Sequence record: SRR22947725_176
Length of the DNA stretch: 33,590 nucleotides
Direction: 5' to 3' (one strand)
Position 1 is the stretch's first letter; each line of letters opens with the position of its first letter. Under the pieces are notes generated by a model, which ran no database searches, was not told the DNA's origin, and worked only from the letters and a program-made list of their open reading frames with translations. The position numbers and the translations under genes are program-made. Shown here one piece after another: positions 1 through 8,892 of the stretch.

Positions 1-321
1 TCAATTTTCAAAACTATTTAGTAATTAAATGTTTTAAACACGATACCCTGAAAAAATACCTCAAACGATTAAAATTATTTTTGGGAATAAATTGTGACTC
101 AAATTTTTGGGAATATAATTATACATATTTTTGGTTTTTTTAATAAACTGAATTCCATTTAAGACAGGTTCTTTTGTTCATATTAAAAGAAAAAATAATA
201 TTATTGCTATTTGTAATGTAATTTTTTAGCAGATGAAAAACCAAAAAAATAACCTTGCTTTTCACAAAAATGGATAAATAACACTTGAAATGATCAATAA
301 ATATCTTTTAGAAAAAAAAAA

Positions 322-1491
322 ATGTCTTTTGTGTTTTCTGTTGCTGTATTCATTTTTGCTCTTTTGCCGTTGAATTTACAAGCTCAAGAATTAATAGATT
401 TGATTATTGAGGCCTTTAAAGAAACAGAAATTGCAAGAGCGAAAATATATTTGAGTTCAACTCCTGTTACTGTTACTGATGCACATTGTGAGCGCAGTGT
501 CGGAGGGTTACATGATTTTTATTCTGAAGGAGATTATTGGTGGCCAAACCCAGAGAATCCGGGAGGCGCTTATCAACAACGTGATGGGCAAACAAACCCA
601 AATAATTTCACGTTACATCGACATGCAATGATCAGGCTGAGTGAGATTACCGCTACATTAACCTCTGCTTGGTTGCTTACAAATGAAAATGTTTATGCAG
701 ATAAGGCATTGGAACATTTAAATGCATGGTTTGTGGATACTAAAACTAAAATGAATCCGAATATGCTCTATGCACAAGCAATTTCAGGAAAAGTTACAGG
801 TCGTAGCATCGGGTTGATAGATGCTTACCATTTTGTAGAAGTTACTAGATCTGTGGAAGTACTTTCTGATAAGGGAGGCATTTCACCTGAACAATCTGAT
901 AAAATTAAAGCCTGGTTTAGCGAATTTTTAACATGGATGACTACTCACGAATATGGAATTTTAGAAATGAATTCGAAGAATAATCATGGAACTAGTTGGG
1001 CAGCAACCGCAGCTTCAATGGCATTATTAACTGACAATGAAGAAATAAAGAAATTGTGCATAGATCGGTTTAAGAATATACTGCTTCCAAACCAAATGGC
1101 TACTGATGGCAGTTTTCCACTTGAATTAAAAAGAACCAAGCCATATGGATATTCTTTATTTAATATTGATGCATTTTTCAATGTAGCACAAATCTTATCT
1201 ACTCCAGAAGACAATTTATTTGAGTATGAAACAAAGGATGGAAAATCTTTAAAAAAGGGGCTAGAATATATATACCCATATATGGAAGATAAGACGATAT
1301 GGCCATTCGCTAAAGACGTTTACATTTGGAATGAATGGCCAGTTTGTCATCCATCTTTATTATTTGGTGCAGCAGCATATAATAATTCAAATTACCTCAA
1401 TGCTTACCTTGAATTACCTGCATATCCTATTCATTCCGAAGTTGTTAGGAATTTACCAGTGAGACATCCAATAATTTGGTTATTTGACTAA
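322..1491 (+). CDS. Secreted polysaccharide lyase of the Alginate_lyase (alpha/alpha-toroid) family, PL38-like (glucuronan/alginate lyase)
   Basis: 389 aa ORF. Motifs HDFYSEGDYWWPNP...YQQRDG.TNP, MNPNMLYAQ, NNHGT and FPLELKRTKPYGYSLFN are typical of this lyase group. Hydrophobic N-terminus ending NLQA|Q. Confidence 0.8.
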   Translation: MSFVFSVAVFIFALLPLNLQAQELIDLIIEAFKETEIARAKIYLSSTPVTVTDAHCERSVGGLHDFYSEGDYWWPNPENPGGAYQQRDGQTNPNNFTLHRHAMIRLSEITATLTSAWLLTNENVYADKALEHLNAWFVDTKTKMNPNMLYAQAISGKVTGRSIGLIDAYHFVEVTRSVEVLSDKGGISPEQSDKIKAWFSEFLTWMTTHEYGILEMNSKNNHGTSWAATAASMALLTDNEEIKKLCIDRFKNILLPNQMATDGSFPLELKRTKPYGYSLFNIDAFFNVAQILSTPEDNLFEYETKDGKSLKKGLEYIYPYMEDKTIWPFAKDVYIWNEWPVCHPSLLFGAAAYNNSNYLNAYLELPAYPIHSEVVRNLPVRHPIIWLFD

Positions 1492-1516
1492 TTTAAAGAT
1501 TTGTTTACAGGAGTGC

Positions 1517-2914
1517 TTAATCGATTTCTTTAAAGGGGTGGTCATGATTAGTGCCTTGTATTCGTTCAGCCACTTTTTCAGCAAGAAAAGCTATGGTTTC
1601 GGTATATTCAATATTATCAATTAAATTTAAGGTTTCGTTGGGATCTTTTTGGCGATCAAAAAATTCTTTGCCAACTTTTTCACCTGAACTCATTTTAATC
1701 CATTCTACATAATTGTATCTTGCTGTTTTGGCCGCATACCCCATTATGGTTTTACTGTAATCTTCTCTTTTAATAGGCCAGATGCTAAATACTACTCTTT
1801 GTTTTTGAGTATCAGGTTTGTTCAGTAACGTGACTATACTTTGCCCATCTAAATGATTAGGTTTTTGCATTCCATTGAGTTCTACAAGAGTAGGGTATAT
1901 GTCAAGTGCAGCCACAGGGGTTTTTGAAACACTATCTTGTTTTCCGCCTGGGACACTGAATATGAGCGGAATATTGGTGTCAAGATGCATATTAGTCCAT
2001 TTACACCATGAGTTATAGTCACCAAGTTTGTAGCCGTGATCACCCCATAATACTATAATTGTTTTGTCCCTAATGCCCAAGGTTTCTAGCTTATCGAGGA
2101 GTTTCCCTACTTGTGCATCGGCGTATGATACACAAGCATAGTATGCTCTACGAAGTTTCAAAGCCATATTGTCATCAATTTCATCATACAATTCTGGCAT
2201 TCTATAGTAGTTTTTAAGTTCCCCACCCGTCCTGATAGCTTTATTATATCCATTTCTAGGGCGTTCTTTTATGTCTGTTAGTTTGATAGTTGAAGTTGGA
2301 TACATATCCCAATATTTTTTTGGAGTAGTGAATGGAAGGTGTGGTTTAGATAAGCCAACCGACAAAAAAAATGGAGCGTCATCTTTGCTTAATTCTTCCA
2401 TTTTTTTCAGTGCATTCTGGGTATTCAAACCGTCTTTGTAAATTGTATCATTAACAGGTGCAAATTCGTAAGCGGGTCCCCTATTATATTTAGTATTTAG
2501 CGCAATTTTTTCAATAGCTTCTGGCGTCACATATCCTCTGCCTGTCCACGTTCCTTTAGGTTTCATTTCGTTGTTGCCAAACTGTTCTTTCGTGTCAATT
2601 TTATGGTGATATATTTTACCACATGACGCAATTTTATATCCATTTTGTTGAAAATACTTATTTAGTGTTAATGCGTCTGGCAAAACATCATTTACAGCTA
2701 GGCCTGTATAGATACCGTATTTTTCAGGTCTTATCCCTGTCATAATCGATGCTCTCGATGCCATGCAAATGGCTTGTTGAACATGTGCATTTTCAAATCT
2801 AACGCCTTGGGCAGCTAATCGGTCAATGTTTGGAGATTTTATGTGACTTGCACCATAACAATTTAGATCAGTACGGAGGTCATCAATTGAAATAAACAGA
2901 ATATTGTAAAGCAC
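1517..2914 (-). CDS. Type I (formylglycine-dependent) S1 sulfatase, iduronate-2-sulfatase/S1_7-like; catalytic part only, from a GTG
   Basis: NILFISIDDLR, active-site ICMASRASIMTG (CxAxR), GKIYH, KPHLPF, WGDHG and WCK motifs. Confidence 0.85.
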   Translation of the reverse strand: MLYNILFISIDDLRTDLNCYGASHIKSPNIDRLAAQGVRFENAHVQQAICMASRASIMTGIRPEKYGIYTGLAVNDVLPDALTLNKYFQQNGYKIASCGKIYHHKIDTKEQFGNNEMKPKGTWTGRGYVTPEAIEKIALNTKYNRGPAYEFAPVNDTIYKDGLNTQNALKKMEELSKDDAPFFLSVGLSKPHLPFTTPKKYWDMYPTSTIKLTDIKERPRNGYNKAIRTGGELKNYYRMPELYDEIDDNMALKLRRAYYACVSYADAQVGKLLDKLETLGIRDKTIIVLWGDHGYKLGDYNSWCKWTNMHLDTNIPLIFSVPGGKQDSVSKTPVAALDIYPTLVELNGMQKPNHLDGQSIVTLLNKPDTQKQRVVFSIWPIKREDYSKTIMGYAAKTARYNYVEWIKMSSGEKVGKEFFDRQKDPNETLNLIDNIEYTETIAFLAEKVAERIQGTNHDHPFKEID

Positions 2915-3007
2915 ATTTTTCTTGGTATTTGATGGGCTTATTTACCCCCGACAAACTACAACCGATGCTAAAAGTATAAAGCCGAGAAAAGATGTTTTAT
3001 AAAACAT
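1517..3007 (-). pseudogene. Full-length sulfatase gene interrupted by an in-frame TAA at codon 22 (nt 2942-2944)
   Basis: The ATG at 3007 is in frame, 93 nt upstream of 2914, and reads MFYKTSFLGFILLASVVVCRG*ISPSNTKKNVLYNILF. This is a signal peptide, a stop, then a linker into the catalytic domain. Confidence 0.6.
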
Positions 3008-3023
3008 ATTGTTTAATACTTTT

Positions 3024-3031
3024 CAAATTTA
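3024..3031 (-). promoter_or_regulatory. Putative Bacteroidota -7 promoter box (TAAATTTG) for the sulfatase
   Basis: Matches TAnnTTTG on the minus strand, about 17 nt upstream of the ATG at 3007. Confidence 0.4.
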
Positions 3032-3217
3032 TTAATCCGACTCTTCAAATTAGTACATTTTTAGGTTAAAAAAAGTTCAATACTGTTAATCACACTAAAT
3101 CCAATAAGAAGTTTTTATATGTTAGATGTAAATTACGAATGTCTTAAAATAACGCAACTTACTTTACAGCCAAGTTATTTTTTTTAGGCATTAATTTAGA
3201 AATTAATATTTAATGTC

Positions 3218-3250
3218 TATATTTGGAAAACCAATATGGTTAACCAATTA
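3218..3250 (+). promoter_or_regulatory. susC promoter -7 box overlapped by a tandem palindromic operator (GntR/FadR-like)
   Basis: TATATTTG (3218-3225) runs into TGGAAAACCA (3224-3233) and TGGTTAACCA (3237-3246). 30/33 identical to 32988-33020. Confidence 0.75.
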
Positions 3251-3334
3251 CATTGGCTTTATTAGTCATTTTTGTTATTCGTTTAAAATAAAAATATTAT
3301 TGAAAGATTAACTTCAATAAATAACCAACATAAT

Positions 3335-6300
3335 ATGAATTATAAGATTAAATTAACTCTTTTAGTTTCATTGCTTGTATGCTTAAGCACATATGCACAG
3401 AATACTATGAGTATAAAAGGACAAGTGTCCTCCAGTGAAGACAATGAACCCATCCCGGGTGTTAATGTTGTGGTAGCCAATTCCAATAATGGTACGGTTA
3501 CAGATTTTGATGGAAATTTTGAAATCAGCGCTGCTGCAGGAGACGTATTACAATTTTCCTACGTAGGGTTTAAAACTCAACTTGTTGCTGTTGACAGTAA
3601 TACTACACTTAATGTAGCGATGGATTTAGATGACAACCTACTTGATGAAATTGTTGTCATTGGATATGGAACTCAGAAAAGAAAAAATCTGACTGGGGCT
3701 ATCTCCAAAGTTAAAAGCGAGAATCTCGATAAAATTGCTGTTTCTCGTATAGATGATGCCCTTGTGGGACAGATTTCTGGAGTTAATATCCAAGCTACAG
3801 AAGGTGAAGCAGGGTCTGATCCTACCATACGCGTTAGGGGAACAGGATCTATTACCAGTAGTTCATCGCCACTCATTGTTGTAGATGGGATTGTTGTTGA
3901 TAATGATTTTTTAGGTAACCTTGATATGAACGACATTGAATCCTTTGAAGTTCTGAAAGATGCCTCTTCGGCTGCCATTTTTGGTGCTCGAGGTGGTAAT
4001 GGTGTCATCCTTATTTCAACCAAAAATGGCAAAGAAGGAAGAACAAAATTCACCTACAACACATATACAGGCTTTAAAGAAGCTCTAAGAGGTGACAACT
4101 TATATGTTACCATGCAAGAATGGGCAGACAAAGAACTTGCAGCAACAGGTCAGCTTTCTGATAAAACCACCTATAAACTTGCGCTTCAAAATGATCGTGA
4201 TTGGCAAGATATTATGTTTGATGGTGGTATGATAGAAAGTCACTCCATTTCAGCTAGAGGAGGAAGTCAGCGTACTACATTTAGCACATCTTTAAACTAC
4301 TTAAGCGATGAAGGTGTTTTGCTTACAGATAACTTTAATCGTTACAGTCTTAGTTTGAAGGTGGACTCGAAAGTTGGCGATAAATTTAAAATTGGCGCCA
4401 ATATATCACCTTCTTATTCTGACAGAAGAAGATTTGATGGTTCTACGCACGATGTATTAAGACAACCACCATGGTTGCCGGTCTACCACAACGACCACAC
4501 CATCCAGTTTGTGGATAGAAATGCATATCCAGATGTTCAAGTAGGTGATTATGCTGTGCAAAGACACTTTGATAATTTTGATTTATATGGAGACGGAGGT
4601 GAAACAGATATTAGCACAACCAGTAATACCAATCCAGCTGCCAAAATTTTGGAACGTGATCGCAATGATTATAAATTTAAGCTATACGGAAATATCTATG
4701 CACAATATGAAATTGCTGATGGTTTAAAGTTTAAAACAACTTTAGGTGGAGATTACTCGCACACAAAAAGAGATAGATGGCAAGGGGTTAAAGCGAGTCG
4801 TAACGGAGTAGCTGCAACAAGACTTGACCTTTCAAACGACAAGAGACTCCATATTGTTTCGGATAATGTTTTCACTTATGATAAAACCATAGGAAAACAT
4901 GACATTAATGCAGTGGCTGGTTTTTCTGCTGAACAGTGGGACTATGAAATTGAGGCTGCTACAGGAATAGGTTATACTTCAGATTTGGTAAGAACACTTT
5001 CTGGCGCAACAACTATTGCTGAAGCCACATCTGAAGAATATCAGCAAAGGCTGCTTTCCTATTTTGGTCGTATCAATTATGCATATGACGGCAAGTATCT
5101 TGTGTCATTAAGCGCAAGAAGGGATGGGTATTCTGCTTTTGGACCAGACTCTAAATACGGATTTTTCCCAGCAGCTTCTGCTGGATGGACGCTTTCTAAC
5201 GAGGATTTCCTGCGTGAAAGTAAGACCATTAATTTTTTAAAGCTAAGAGTTAGTTATGGATTAACAGGGAACAATGCATTTGATATTGGTAATGGTGATT
5301 TCAGAAACCAAATTAATAGTTACCCTTATTTGTCTTTAATTGGAGCTTCGTCAGCGTCATTTAATAATTCTATTGTTAATGGATTTAACCCACTTAACAT
5401 TTCCAATTCAGGTTTGGGTTGGGAAAAATCAGTGGAGGTGAACCCAGGAATTGATTTTGGATTTTTTAACAATAGACTTACAGGTTCTATAGATGTGTAT
5501 AAAAGGACAAGTGAGGACCTCTTGTTAGACGTTCCGGTTTCGTATACTACAGGTTTCCCGAATGCTCTTGACAATAGGGGAAAGGTTGAAAATAGAGGTA
5601 TTGAAATAGAATTGAGAACTAAAAATGTCATTCGACCAAATTTCCAATGGAACAGTACGTTTATCGCTTCACGAAACGAAAACGAGCTTGTGGACTTTGC
5701 GGAATCTAATGGTCTAATAACAAACGTTGATACCAAGCGTGCTGCAGAGTGGATTAATTTAGTTGGAAATCCGATTTCATCATTTTACGGATGGGTAGTA
5801 GACTCTGAGATTCCTGCTGAATACATTAATGCACCATGGGAGCGTGTGCGTCAAACCAATAGAGACGTTTATGTGAAAGACCTTAATGGTGATGGTGTAA
5901 TTGACGATGATGATAAAACCATTCTTGGAAATCCTTACCCTGATTTGGTATGGAGCATTTCAAATGAGTTTAAGGTAGGCGGTTTTGAATTAAGCTTTAT
6001 TTTTCAAGGAAGTCATGGGGCTGAAGTACGAAATATTGGTGATCAGTATATGTTCCGCCACTTTGGATCTGCTTCAACTGCCTTATCAACTGCACCTAAT
6101 CAAGGCTTTATAAAACAAAAAATATTCACAGATTCAATTGTACAAAATGCTTCATATGTAGCATTACGAACGATTTCAATTGGTTATGATTTACCTGAAG
6201 ATTTACTTTCGGAACTCTTTATTACTAACGCTAGAATCTATTTAACAGGGCAAAACCTCATGTATATAACGGCTGATGATTACAACGGCTTAAATCCGGA

Positions 6301-6397
6301 GTCTATTTACAATACGAGCCCAATTAATTACGGTTACCAACGCGTTGGTTCTCCGATTAATCGAACATTCTCATTAGGTCTTAATCTAAATTTCTAA
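3335..6397 (+). CDS. susC: SusC/RagA-family TonB-dependent outer-membrane transporter
   Basis: 1020 aa. N-terminal extension (EPIPGVNV...GTVTDFDGNF), LDEIVVIGYG, plug motif DIESFEVLKDASSAAIFGARGGNGVILI, C-terminal GLNLNF. Followed by SusD. Confidence 0.97.
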   Translation: MNYKIKLTLLVSLLVCLSTYAQNTMSIKGQVSSSEDNEPIPGVNVVVANSNNGTVTDFDGNFEISAAAGDVLQFSYVGFKTQLVAVDSNTTLNVAMDLDDNLLDEIVVIGYGTQKRKNLTGAISKVKSENLDKIAVSRIDDALVGQISGVNIQATEGEAGSDPTIRVRGTGSITSSSSPLIVVDGIVVDNDFLGNLDMNDIESFEVLKDASSAAIFGARGGNGVILISTKNGKEGRTKFTYNTYTGFKEALRGDNLYVTMQEWADKELAATGQLSDKTTYKLALQNDRDWQDIMFDGGMIESHSISARGGSQRTTFSTSLNYLSDEGVLLTDNFNRYSLSLKVDSKVGDKFKIGANISPSYSDRRRFDGSTHDVLRQPPWLPVYHNDHTIQFVDRNAYPDVQVGDYAVQRHFDNFDLYGDGGETDISTTSNTNPAAKILERDRNDYKFKLYGNIYAQYEIADGLKFKTTLGGDYSHTKRDRWQGVKASRNGVAATRLDLSNDKRLHIVSDNVFTYDKTIGKHDINAVAGFSAEQWDYEIEAATGIGYTSDLVRTLSGATTIAEATSEEYQQRLLSYFGRINYAYDGKYLVSLSARRDGYSAFGPDSKYGFFPAASAGWTLSNEDFLRESKTINFLKLRVSYGLTGNNAFDIGNGDFRNQINSYPYLSLIGASSASFNNSIVNGFNPLNISNSGLGWEKSVEVNPGIDFGFFNNRLTGSIDVYKRTSEDLLLDVPVSYTTGFPNALDNRGKVENRGIEIELRTKNVIRPNFQWNSTFIASRNENELVDFAESNGLITNVDTKRAAEWINLVGNPISSFYGWVVDSEIPAEYINAPWERVRQTNRDVYVKDLNGDGVIDDDDKTILGNPYPDLVWSISNEFKVGGFELSFIFQGSHGAEVRNIGDQYMFRHFGSASTALSTAPNQGFIKQKIFTDSIVQNASYVALRTISIGYDLPEDLLSELFITNARIYLTGQNLMYITADDYNGLNPESIYNTSPINYGYQRVGSPINRTFSLGLNLNF

Positions 6398-6407
6398 ATA
6401 ATTAATC

Positions 6408-7826
6408 ATGAAAAGCATTAGAATTATAATTTTTATTACGGTAATGGCTGTCTTTACTTCATGTGAAGACTATTTAGAACTAGCACCAACATCAGTAATA
6501 AGTGGCGGAAGTTTTTACGCCGATGAAGCACAGCTCATGCAAGGAGTCTACAATATGTATGATGGCCTTCAAGGAGCTAACGACACGAGCTCTAGGAGTA
6601 ATCACGCTACTCAAATTGAGTATTATGTAACTGAAATGCGTAGCGACAACACAAGATCAAAAAGCGGAGAGGGAGAAGCTGCCCAATTTGATAATCTTGC
6701 TGTTGAGTCAACTAATGGTTTAATTGCCGACCACTACAGGAGTTTTTATAATGTCATTTTTAGAGCCAATACGGTACTTCAAAATCTTGGTGTTGCTTCT
6801 GAGAGCAACAAATCAAAAATTGAAGGGGAAGCTAAATTTATTCGTGCCTATGTTTATTTTAACTTGGTAAGACTTTATGGCGCTATACCACTTCTTGACA
6901 ATGTTATTGGTGTAAGTGATGACGCTTCTTATATTAGGAGACCGGTGGCAGATGTATATGACTTAATAGTTAGTGATTTGAACAGCGCAGTAGCTGGATT
7001 AGATAATACTAATGGTAGGAACAGAGCTACAAAAGCTGCTGCTCAAGGATTACTTGCTAAAGTACACCTTACACTTGGTAATTATCTCGATGCACAACAG
7101 CTACTAGAGAGCGTTATGTCTGAAGGATTTGCTTTGGAGCCCAGCTTTAGTGATGTGTTTTTTAACGAAAGCAATTCGGAAGTTATTTTTGCTATAGGCT
7201 ATGCTTCAGGATTGGTGCAAGACAGTCAAAACTTTTCTGCTGAATTTTTAAACGGTGTTGGACGAACAGTGGGTGTAAATTACGTTACTGACGATGCAAA
7301 AGCTTTTATGGAAGCCAATGGTGGAGACAGAACTGTTGTTTCTATGCGCACTGATCCAATACAACCTACACAAACGCAAGTAACTAAGTTTTTACCTGAT
7401 GGTTTTGATGGCGGTTCAGATGGGAAAACATTTGATTTCGATGCACGACTTGCTGGGAATGATTGGATTGTGTTACGTTATGCCGACATCTTGTTGATGC
7501 ACGTTGAGGCCATTATGGGAAGCAGTAACGAAACCAATGCTACAGCGGCTTTAGCTTCATTTCAACAAGTGCGTGATAGAGCAGGACTAACAGACGCAGT
7601 AACTTCTATTACCAAAGACGATTTGTTAGCAGAACGTCGTGCAGAATTAGCATTTGAAAACCAAAGGTTGTATGACATAATGCGATTTGGAAAAGGTATA
7701 GATATACTTGGCACCTATGCAGTAGCAATTGGAGCAAATTTCACCTCTAATGATTTATTGCTTCCATTTCCACAAATAGAAATCGGACTTAGCAAAGGAT
7801 TATTAAAACAAAACCCAGGGTATTAA
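6408..7826 (+). CDS. susD: SusD/RagB-family glycan-binding lipoprotein
   Basis: Lipobox FTSC. Motifs GEAKFIRAYVYFNLVRLYG, LRYADILL, ERRAELAFENQR and C-terminal QNPGY. Confidence 0.96.
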   Translation: MKSIRIIIFITVMAVFTSCEDYLELAPTSVISGGSFYADEAQLMQGVYNMYDGLQGANDTSSRSNHATQIEYYVTEMRSDNTRSKSGEGEAAQFDNLAVESTNGLIADHYRSFYNVIFRANTVLQNLGVASESNKSKIEGEAKFIRAYVYFNLVRLYGAIPLLDNVIGVSDDASYIRRPVADVYDLIVSDLNSAVAGLDNTNGRNRATKAAAQGLLAKVHLTLGNYLDAQQLLESVMSEGFALEPSFSDVFFNESNSEVIFAIGYASGLVQDSQNFSAEFLNGVGRTVGVNYVTDDAKAFMEANGGDRTVVSMRTDPIQPTQTQVTKFLPDGFDGGSDGKTFDFDARLAGNDWIVLRYADILLMHVEAIMGSSNETNATAALASFQQVRDRAGLTDAVTSITKDDLLAERRAELAFENQRLYDIMRFGKGIDILGTYAVAIGANFTSNDLLLPFPQIEIGLSKGLLKQNPGY

Positions 7827-7846
7827 AACCAAATAAATAAATTAAA

Positions 7847-8827
7847 ATGAAAAATATATTTAATATTTCAATGGTTGCCTTACTAGTATTAGTTTCGGCA
7901 TGCGATGATTTCGACAAATACGAATTGCCTGAGGCAAATTCAATTCCAGATGCAACTCCACCTCAGGCTGTTTTCACAGCTATTCAAAGTGAGGAATTAG
8001 ATAACGACGGATGGAAAGACTATTATTTTTCCAATGGGTCTATCAGTGCTACTACCTATGCTTGGGACTTTGGAGATGGAAATACATCTTCAGATTATGA
8101 AGCAACAAATAGGTTTGGTGATGAGGGTACCTATACAGTCTCTTTGACTGCTTCTGACAACAATGGTCTTACAAATACATTAACACAGGATATATCCGTT
8201 GAGCAGCCGCCTGCACCACCCGTACCAGATCCTACTTTGATAAACACTGTTTTTGATAAGCTCGGTAAGTCATCTGGGTCTGACTGTACTTGTTCTGGTT
8301 GGATTAATAGAAGCCTCGGTACTCAGGGCGAATCTAGTTCAGCAAATGGTAGTGATGTAATGAAGTTTGACAATAACGAACCTGATCATATTTATCAAGA
8401 GTTTGAGGTTACGCCTAACGCAAATTATCAGATTGAAGTTGAGGTAGGATTCAGTACTAATGCTGGTAAATCAAACCCTGCAAGTCTCGAATTTAGAGTC
8501 CTTGCTGGGACAGGTTATGACAGTGGTTATACCCCGACGTATTACACTGAAACGACCGCATTCCCACAAGATGGATATGGGTACTCATCAGTTGCACAAA
8601 CAGAAGTTGAAGCAAATAATCTTATGACTAGAGTGCTTAATAACCCAGACGACACCAGCTATATTAAGTACATACTTAACTTCAATTCTGGTGCAAACAA
8701 CAGTATAGCATTATTTGCAAGAGGCATTGGCGGGCTTGCTACAGGACATTCAGACAATGAAAGATATGGATACTCTAGTGGAGATGAAGAAATTAGAATT
8801 GACAACTTAGTCATCACTGCTTTATAA
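7847..8827 (+). CDS. Surface glycan-binding lipoprotein with a PKD domain and a C-terminal CBM-like beta-sandwich
   Basis: Lipobox VSAC, PKD signature YAWDFGDG...GTYTVSLT, Pro-rich linker QPPAPPVPDP. Sits directly after susD. Confidence 0.8.
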   Translation: MKNIFNISMVALLVLVSACDDFDKYELPEANSIPDATPPQAVFTAIQSEELDNDGWKDYYFSNGSISATTYAWDFGDGNTSSDYEATNRFGDEGTYTVSLTASDNNGLTNTLTQDISVEQPPAPPVPDPTLINTVFDKLGKSSGSDCTCSGWINRSLGTQGESSSANGSDVMKFDNNEPDHIYQEFEVTPNANYQIEVEVGFSTNAGKSNPASLEFRVLAGTGYDSGYTPTYYTETTAFPQDGYGYSSVAQTEVEANNLMTRVLNNPDDTSYIKYILNFNSGANNSIALFARGIGGLATGHSDNERYGYSSGDEEIRIDNLVITAL

Positions 8828-8847
8828 GATATTATTAATGGTTATTT

Positions 8848-8885
8848 AAAAAAGGCAAGTGGTAATTTTAACTACTTGCTTTTTT
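8848..8885 (+). terminator. Intrinsic terminator after susC-susD-PKD
   Basis: AAAAAAG-GCAAGTGGT / loop AATTTTA / ACTACTTGC-TTTTTT: a stem with one G-U pair, followed by a T-tract. Confidence 0.75.
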
Positions 8886-8892
8886 ATTAAAA

